Source of the DNA: an uncultured Bacteroidales bacterium
GTDB lineage: Bacteria; Bacteroidota; Bacteroidia; Bacteroidales; Muribaculaceae
Length of the DNA: 64,000 nt
Direction of reading: 5' to 3'
NCBI GenBank assembly: GCA_902768435.1
Contig: CACXLJ010000015.1
Coordinates: forward strand, 4,253 to 68,252
Numbering within the stretch: the stretch's first letter is position 1; every line of letters begins with the position of its first letter. Shown one piece after another: positions 57,717 through 64,000 of this stretch. A program made the position numbers and the translations under genes. Below the pieces are notes generated by a model. That model worked only from the letters and a program-made list of their open reading frames with translations, made no database searches and was not told the origin of the DNA.

Positions 57717-60700
57717 ATGCTAAAAAAGAATTTTCTAAAGTTTGCAGGTATGGTGTTGCTGGCAATGGGTGCCATCTCCAGCGCACAGGCATTGAGCCTG
57801 TCGACCTTTACGACAACATCCAAGTTGGCCAATGGACACTGGGTGAAAATTCAGATTCCTGAGAGTGGTGTTTATGAGATCACTTATGACGAACTCAGGG
57901 ATATGGGATTCAATAATGCTAATAGTGTTAGGGTCTACGGTTGTGGCGGCTATATGCTCAGCGAGGTGCTCGACGGGTCGCAGCCCGATGATCTGGTTCA
58001 GGTTCCTGTGCAGCGTTATGGCGACAAGCTTTGCTTCTATGCCAAGGGCCCGGTGAGTTTCTCTTTTGACGATCTGACTTCGACATCGCCCCATTTCTCG
58101 CGCACAGTGAATGCTTATTCTCAGTATGGCTACTATTTCCTGACCGAGAACATTGGCAATGAACTTTCGGTGAATGTGTCGTCGGCAACTCCCTCAACTG
58201 GAACGATAGGACATGCATCAAGCTACGATTACACCTATCATGAAGCAGAGTTGACTTCACTCACGCTTTCGGGAAAGAATCTCCTGGGTGAGGTGATTCC
58301 TGCGCCTGATAATTTCACATTGCCCTATTCGCTTCCTAACAGGGAACCGGGTTCGCCTGTGACTGTGACAGGCTGTGTTGCCGCCTCGATTTCGCCTAAT
58401 ACTTCAAGCATTACCGTGTCGGGTTATGTGAAATCGTACATGAACTCTGGCAGTGAAAGAGACACGCTGAGTTTTACGAGTTCTTCATCACGCATCTATA
58501 GTCTGACGGGAGAGATAGCCTATAATTATGCTACTCCAACGACCACGATTACTCCTAAGCGCGATCAAGACAATGGTACAATTGATTTTGGTGTGACTTG
58601 TTCGAGTGGAACAACAGGGGGTACTGTAACCAGAGCCTATCTTGATTATTGCATTTTGACTTATCTTCGCCAAAATGTGATTGGCGACGATGGCCAGTTC
58701 AGAATGAATCTGCTCAAGGTGACTCCTTCTGACCGTATTGACCTCCCCAATGCATCGCAAAATCTGGTGGTGTGGAACATCGACAATGAATCCAACCCTG
58801 TGCAATATAACTACAGCGATTATACTGGCGGTTCGACTCCAGTGAAGGCGTTCACCCCGGGTTACACCAAGAACTGGACTCAGTTTGTGGCATTTGACCC
58901 CACGATGACGCTGAAAAAGATTACGGCCTATGAGGATGTCGCAAACCAGAACATCCATGGTCTGCCGAGCCCCGACATGGTTATCTTGACCGACAAGGAG
59001 TATCTGGAGCATGCCGAGCGTCTGGCTCAGATGCACCGTGAGCATGATAACATGATTGTTCATGTGGTGGAGCAGGGACAGGTGTTCAACGAGTTCTCGA
59101 GCGGTACGCCCGATGCTATGGCAGTGCTCCTGATGAACAAGATGTTCTATGACCGCAACAAGACTAAATTCCAACACTTCCTGGTTTTGGGTTGCGGTTC
59201 GTTTGACAACCGTGGTATGATTTCGAACAAGCCAAACCGTATTATCACTTACCAGAGCGATAACAGTCACGATGGTGACAAGACCTATGTGTGTGACGAC
59301 TTCTTCGGTCATCTTGCCGATGATTCGGGACACGATCCTAACGCAGACAAGCTGCTCATAGGCGTGGGCCGCATGCCTTCGATCGATGCCGACGAGGCTC
59401 GTACCGATGTTGACAAGACTATTAACTATGTGACCAATCCTGATTATGGTGTGTGGCGTAACAGCGCATTTGTTGCTGCCGACGATTATAATTCCGGCAT
59501 GCACACCTTCCAGGGCGATGCCGCTGCCGAACTCATGGAAACTGACCTTGATTTAGGTATAAATGTCGACAAGGTGTATGTCGAGATGTATCCCCGTGCT
59601 TCTGAAACAAGCGAACCTGGTTCGACACTCTCAAAGCGCACAACACTCATAGGCCGTGAAAAATGGAAAGAAGACTGGCTGCGTGGCGAGTTCTTCGCTT
59701 CTTATGTTGGCCACTCGGGCGGCGGTATTTTCACCAAAGAGGCAAAATTGTGGAGAACTATGGATGTGAAGAGCACCAACAACCAGTTCTTGCCCATCAT
59801 GACCACAGCCTCGTGCGATGTGGCACAATATGACTCTGATTCACGCGGTATTGCCGAGCACATGTTCCACTATCCCAATGGTGGTGCCATTGCGCTGATG
59901 ACCTCAACCCGCAGCGTTTATGCCGCTGAGAACGACCCGCTCAACCGAGCATTCATTCGCGGTCTGTTCTCGTTCAACGAGACAGGTGTGATGCCCACTA
60001 TCGGTTATGCCTACATGAAGGCTAAGCAGTATAAAGGCACTTCTTCGAACGCCAACAAGATGAGTTTCTGTCTGCTGGGTGACCCTGCTATCAAGGTCAA
60101 TTATCCTAAGCCCTACTTCAAGGTGACTTCAATCAACGGTACCGATGTGACTGCAACCAATGCCTCGGCTGTGTCGGTAGCTCCATTGACTAAACTCGAG
60201 GTACACGCCAAGGTGATGAAACCAGACGGCTCGGGTGTGAACACTGCTTTCAACGGCGATGCAACGCTCACGCTCTATGATGTGAAGAAATTCTATAAAT
60301 CTTATAAATTCATGGAAGACAAGGTGTGGAAAACCCGCCGTATTCACTATCCGCGCAATTTGCTCGCACAGGTTTCGGGCCGCGTGGTGAATGGTGAATT
60401 CACCGGTTCGGTGATTGTTCCCCGAAATCTGGTGGCTCAGAACGATACTGCCATGATCAGGATTTATGCTCATCAGGACAATAGCGAAGAGATGGTGAAC
60501 GGATATAGCGACAAGATTAAACTGCTGGCTTACGACGAAGCCACTGCCGGCAGCGACTCTAACGCACCGGTAATTACCGAAATGTACTTTAACGATGCTC
60601 AGACCTTCAGCGAGGGCGCTACAGTGCCCACAAACTCGGTGCTCTACATCAAGGTGACCGACGACCTGTCGGTGAACATGCAGTCGGTGTCGATGGCAGG

Positions 60701-61202
60701 TGTCATGTCGCTTGTCATGGATAACGGCAAGTTGAGTTATCCCGAGGTGAGGAACTTCGCTCACATGAGCGACGAGGGCAAGCTGCTCTCAATCGCCTTC
60801 CCCATGAACGGTCTTACCGAGGGCGAGCACATGCTCACCTACACCGTGTATGATGCTGCCGGCAACATTGCAGTGCGTTCTATCTCGTTTGTGGTTGATC
60901 CTGCCTCCGATATGGCGCTCGATGTACAGGAAGATCCTGTGATCACCAAGGCCACTATCGACATGACCACCAACATGAAGAATGCTCCGGCTGTGACGCT
61001 CAAGATTACCGATGCCACCGGCAACCTGGTATTCAAGACCGATGTCACTTCGTTCCCCTATGAGTGGAATCTCAAGGATAAGAATGGCAAAAAGGTTCCT
61101 GCAGGTCTTTACCGTTACTTCGGCAGCTACAACGACGGACTCGGCACCTATGGCGGTACCGACATTAAGACGCTTGTTGTTGTTGACCCTGTGAACAACT
61201 AA
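57717..61202 (+). CDS. porU: PorU-like C25 peptidase, copy 2
   Basis: GHWVKIQI..GV, QNIHG..PDMVI, EFSSGTPD, CDDFFG, GRMP, YVGH...ASCD His/Cys pair, LLGDPA, T9SS-type C-terminal domain. Confidence 0.85.
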   Translation: MLKKNFLKFAGMVLLAMGAISSAQALSLSTFTTTSKLANGHWVKIQIPESGVYEITYDELRDMGFNNANSVRVYGCGGYMLSEVLDGSQPDDLVQVPVQRYGDKLCFYAKGPVSFSFDDLTSTSPHFSRTVNAYSQYGYYFLTENIGNELSVNVSSATPSTGTIGHASSYDYTYHEAELTSLTLSGKNLLGEVIPAPDNFTLPYSLPNREPGSPVTVTGCVAASISPNTSSITVSGYVKSYMNSGSERDTLSFTSSSSRIYSLTGEIAYNYATPTTTITPKRDQDNGTIDFGVTCSSGTTGGTVTRAYLDYCILTYLRQNVIGDDGQFRMNLLKVTPSDRIDLPNASQNLVVWNIDNESNPVQYNYSDYTGGSTPVKAFTPGYTKNWTQFVAFDPTMTLKKITAYEDVANQNIHGLPSPDMVILTDKEYLEHAERLAQMHREHDNMIVHVVEQGQVFNEFSSGTPDAMAVLLMNKMFYDRNKTKFQHFLVLGCGSFDNRGMISNKPNRIITYQSDNSHDGDKTYVCDDFFGHLADDSGHDPNADKLLIGVGRMPSIDADEARTDVDKTINYVTNPDYGVWRNSAFVAADDYNSGMHTFQGDAAAELMETDLDLGINVDKVYVEMYPRASETSEPGSTLSKRTTLIGREKWKEDWLRGEFFASYVGHSGGGIFTKEAKLWRTMDVKSTNNQFLPIMTTASCDVAQYDSDSRGIAEHMFHYPNGGAIALMTSTRSVYAAENDPLNRAFIRGLFSFNETGVMPTIGYAYMKAKQYKGTSSNANKMSFCLLGDPAIKVNYPKPYFKVTSINGTDVTATNASAVSVAPLTKLEVHAKVMKPDGSGVNTAFNGDATLTLYDVKKFYKSYKFMEDKVWKTRRIHYPRNLLAQVSGRVVNGEFTGSVIVPRNLVAQNDTAMIRIYAHQDNSEEMVNGYSDKIKLLAYDEATAGSDSNAPVITEMYFNDAQTFSEGATVPTNSVLYIKVTDDLSVNMQSVSMAGVMSLVMDNGKLSYPEVRNFAHMSDEGKLLSIAFPMNGLTEGEHMLTYTVYDAAGNIAVRSISFVVDPASDMALDVQEDPVITKATIDMTTNMKNAPAVTLKITDATGNLVFKTDVTSFPYEWNLKDKNGKKVPAGLYRYFGSYNDGLGTYGGTDIKTLVVVDPVNN

Positions 61203-61250
61203 GAAACGCATCGTTGCCTTGAGTTTCGGGGCATCGAAAAACAGAAAAGA

Positions 61251-61292
61251 AACACCCGGTGACTGAAAAGTCTGGTGCACCGGGTGTTTTTC
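61251..61292 (+). terminator. Intrinsic terminator
   Basis: aacacccggtg ... caccgggtgtt followed by T run. Confidence 0.8.
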
Positions 61293-61381
61293 TTGAAAAG
61301 AGTGATAATCATTGTCACTTAATTTTTAAAAAGGCAGAAATTTGTATTTTTGTGTCGTTAAGGCTATAGAAGGTTGATTCT

Positions 61382-62281
61382 ATGACAAAACTGAAAGATT
61401 ACATATCGTTGCTGCGTGTGCCACAATGGGCCAAGAACGCCTTTGTGGCTTTGCCGCTGTTTTTCGACGGTTCGATGACCGACACGCATCGCCTGTGGCT
61501 CATGCTGGTGGCGGTTATCTGTTTCTCGCTTGCCGCGAGCGCCGTTTATTGTCTTAACGATTTAGTGGATGTGGCAGCCGACCGGTTGCATCCCGTCAAG
61601 TGCCAGCGTCCACTGGCATCGGGCAGGGTGAGTCGCGCCGAGGGGCTTGTGCTCATGCTGCTGTGCATAGCGCTTGCCGTGACTGCATGCCTGTTGCTGC
61701 TGCCCATGTCGGCATTCTACATTCTGCTGGTCTATGTGGCGCTCAATGTGGCCTACTCGCTGTTACTGAAACAGGTGGGCATCCTCGACATGCTCATAGT
61801 GGCGTTCTTCTATGTGCTGCGCATCTTGTTTGGTGGTGCGGCAGTGTCGATACATCCCACTTCGTGGCTGTTGCTCATGGCATTCTTGCTGGCGTTGTTC
61901 CTGGTGATAGCTAAGCGTCGCGACGATGTGCTGGTCATGGAGCAAGGCGGCTCGTCGGTGCGCAAGAGTGCCCAGGCCTATAACCTTGAATTCATCAACC
62001 TGGCCTTGACTCTGGTGGCGACCATCACCATTGTGTGCTACATCATGTACACGATGTCGGCCGAAACCATCAGTCATTTCCACACTGAGTATGTCTATGC
62101 CACTTCGGTGTTTGTGATTGCCGGCATTCTGCGTTACATGCAGGTGACGATTGTGGCGGGCAAGAGCGGCAGCCCCACCAAGGTGCTGTTCAAGGACCGT
62201 TTTGTGCAGCTGTGCCTCATAGGGTGGATTCTTGCCTTTGTATTGATTATTTATCTCCCGCAATGGTGCCAAGCAGCGTAG
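61382..62281 (+). CDS. UbiA-family prenyltransferase, decaprenyl-phosphate phosphoribosyltransferase-like
   Basis: 'LLRVPQWAKN', 'YCLNDLVD..ADRLHPVK..RPLASG', 'KRRDD' signature of the phosphoribosyltransferase branch. Confidence 0.85.
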   Translation: MTKLKDYISLLRVPQWAKNAFVALPLFFDGSMTDTHRLWLMLVAVICFSLAASAVYCLNDLVDVAADRLHPVKCQRPLASGRVSRAEGLVLMLLCIALAVTACLLLLPMSAFYILLVYVALNVAYSLLLKQVGILDMLIVAFFYVLRILFGGAAVSIHPTSWLLLMAFLLALFLVIAKRRDDVLVMEQGGSSVRKSAQAYNLEFINLALTLVATITIVCYIMYTMSAETISHFHTEYVYATSVFVIAGILRYMQVTIVAGKSGSPTKVLFKDRFVQLCLIGWILAFVLIIYLPQWCQAA

Positions 62282-62850
62282 TTGTATTTGATTTCGATGG
62301 CACGCTCACTGTGCGTGACACTCTGCCATGTCTGTTGCGAGGTCTTGCTGGTAGCCGCTGGCGTTACCTGTGTGGCCTTGTGGCATGCGCCCCGTGGCTT
62401 ATGGCCTACAAGTTGCGACTCATTGAGGGCGGAAAAGCAAAGGAGCGCTTGACCTCACACTTAGTGAAAGGCATGTCGCAAACCGAGTTTGAGACCCGTT
62501 GCCAGACGATTGCCCACGAGAATCGGGCGAGGCTGCTGCGCAACGATGTGCTACAGAAACTGGAGTCGCATGTTGCCAGTGGGGCAGCCGTGTATGTGTG
62601 TTCGGCCAATTTTGCCACTTGGGTTGAAGCGTTTCTTGCGCCGATAAATGTGCCTGTGGTGGCCACTGGCCTCGAGGTGAGCAATGGCGTGCTCACGGGC
62701 CGTTTTTCCACCCCCAACTGTAATGGCGAGCAAAAGTGGCTTCGCATGCAACCTTTTCTTGCCGACGACACACAGCTTGAGGTGTATGGCGACAGCAAGG
62801 GCGATGTTGCCTTGATGAGTCATGCCCAGAAAACTCATTTAATAAAATAA
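62263..62850 (+). CDS. HAD-IB family phosphatase
   Basis: FDFDGTLT, CSAN, NCNGEQK, YGDSKGD; ATG 62263 overlaps the ubiA 3' end. Confidence 0.9.
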   Translation: MVPSSVVVFDFDGTLTVRDTLPCLLRGLAGSRWRYLCGLVACAPWLMAYKLRLIEGGKAKERLTSHLVKGMSQTEFETRCQTIAHENRARLLRNDVLQKLESHVASGAAVYVCSANFATWVEAFLAPINVPVVATGLEVSNGVLTGRFSTPNCNGEQKWLRMQPFLADDTQLEVYGDSKGDVALMSHAQKTHLIK

Positions 62851-62862
62851 TGTATAGATGAT

Positions 62863-64000
62863 ATGATCGCAGACTCACAATCACAAGGAATGACACGGAC
62901 GCTCTTCTGGGCGGCAATCGCCGGTCTGGTGCTGTATCAGTTGCTTGGGGTGTTCTGGGGCTTTGAACTGTGTGATTCGGGTTTCTATCTCACTTTCTAT
63001 GACCACATCTATGATGCGCCCGACACGGTAAGCTATAATTTCATGTACTACCTGAGCGGGTTGCTTGGCGGTCTGGTGGCCAAGGTGCTGCCTGCCCAGT
63101 GCAGCATGCTGCTCATGCGCGTGGCAGGTGTGCTGGTGAACTTGGCTATCATGCTACTGCTTTATCGTGCTTTGCGGCCACATTTGGGGCAAAAGGCACT
63201 GCTGCTGGGCTTTGCTTTGGTTATCATAGGCTACTTCAAGCCAGTCTATACACTCAGCTATGACTTGTTTACCTCGTTGTTCTATGTCGTAGCGCTCACT
63301 TTACTGTATCGAGGTCTGTCGCGTGGCACGCTCAAGCTGGTCATGGCAGCAGGCTTTGTGGTGGGGCTGAATTGTTTTAATCGTCTGCCCAATGTGGTGG
63401 CACTCTCGCTCGTGGTGATGGTGCCGCTGGGCTGTTATTATTGCCGTCGGTCCCGTGCGTGGCTGTGGCGTGGCGTGCTCCTGTTTGTAGCAGGCGTGGC
63501 TGTTGCCTGGGGACTGGTTGTGGCAGTGATGTTTGCCTTAGGGCATGAACGCCTTTTCTTGAATAATGTGAAAGAACTCTTCTCTATTGCTCAAGACCAG
63601 AGCGGCGAGCAGTCGCACTCGATGGGGCAGATGATAGGCACGCAGGTGAAGTTCTATGGCCGTGCATTGTGGGCAGGTGTGAAAATAGGTTTGATTGTGC
63701 TGCTGGGCGTGCTGGCCGATGCACGATTGCGCCGCTGGTGGCTCAAGGTGCTGGCATGGGTGGTGTTTGCTGTGCCCCTGGTATGGTTTATCTACAGGAT
63801 GCATCCGCTCGAGGTGGTTTGGGCATTCTCGTTCGTGGGCTGTGTGGCAGTGTTGCTAAAAGGTGCTGCCGAAACTCGGTTGCTGGCATGGCTGGGACTT
63901 GCCATGCTGCTCTTGTTCCCGCTGGGCAGCGACGGGGCCTATAACAATGGTGCCATCATTGCATGGATGGCTGCTCCAGTGGCTGCAAGTGTGTTGTGCC
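62863..64000 (+). CDS. Polytopic membrane protein, probable GT-C fold glycosyltransferase (truncated by the window end)
   Basis: Not in the ORF track; manual reading is open from ATG 62863/62890. First TM then 'GFELCDSGFYL' acidic loop, many TMs, 'NRLPN'. Confidence 0.6.
   Translation, partial: MIADSQSQGMTRTLFWAAIAGLVLYQLLGVFWGFELCDSGFYLTFYDHIYDAPDTVSYNFMYYLSGLLGGLVAKVLPAQCSMLLMRVAGVLVNLAIMLLLYRALRPHLGQKALLLGFALVIIGYFKPVYTLSYDLFTSLFYVVALTLLYRGLSRGTLKLVMAAGFVVGLNCFNRLPNVVALSLVVMVPLGCYYCRRSRAWLWRGVLLFVAGVAVAWGLVVAVMFALGHERLFLNNVKELFSIAQDQSGEQSHSMGQMIGTQVKFYGRALWAGVKIGLIVLLGVLADARLRRWWLKVLAWVVFAVPLVWFIYRMHPLEVVWAFSFVGCVAVLLKGAAETRLLAWLGLAMLLLFPLGSDGAYNNGAIIAWMAAPVAASVLC

Overview
A 64 kb stretch of a Bacteroidales chromosome, probably a gut/rumen Muribaculaceae- or Prevotella-like organism. 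This assignment rests on TAnnTTTG promoters, T9SS genes and the gene content. The core is GC-rich and carries tdk, SUI1, an AddA-like helicase/nuclease, argS (broken by a frameshifting deletion), porV, ispF, xseAB, a C69 dipeptidase, a DEAD helicase, pyrG, yidC, rex and two porU paralogues. Three AT-rich accessory regions interrupt it. (1) 1-5.4 kb: a co-oriented row of small stress/defence genes, each with its own promoter and preceded by a degenerate ~30 bp repeat (CTGATGAAYAAYAA..CCNAAR..AACAAG). This looks like a cassette or serial-integration array, with no integrase in the window. (2) ~20-27 kb: an eight-gene operon encoding vWA, PP2C-like phosphatase, Ser/Thr kinase, ADP-ribosylglycohydrolase, RanBP2-ZnF/Ig protein, DUF4407, a 53-aa basic protein and DUF6804. 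It is a TerY-P-like conflict/signalling system with an unusual extension and a long structured leader. (3) 32-34.7 kb: a GC-mosaic TPR sensor-regulator locus. Four secreted proteins end in dockerin-type repeats, one of them a cohesin-like + dockerin adaptor. Other notable items are a five-module single-chain flavo-iron-sulfur dehydrogenase, an 11-bp duplication frameshifting a large BspA-like surface gene, and a prenyl-phosphoribose/GT-C glycosylation cluster at the right end. Several deletion-like junctions mean assembly artefacts must be excluded. No rRNA, tRNA, CRISPR array, transposase or integrase was recognised. All family assignments come from motif recognition by eye, not database searches.
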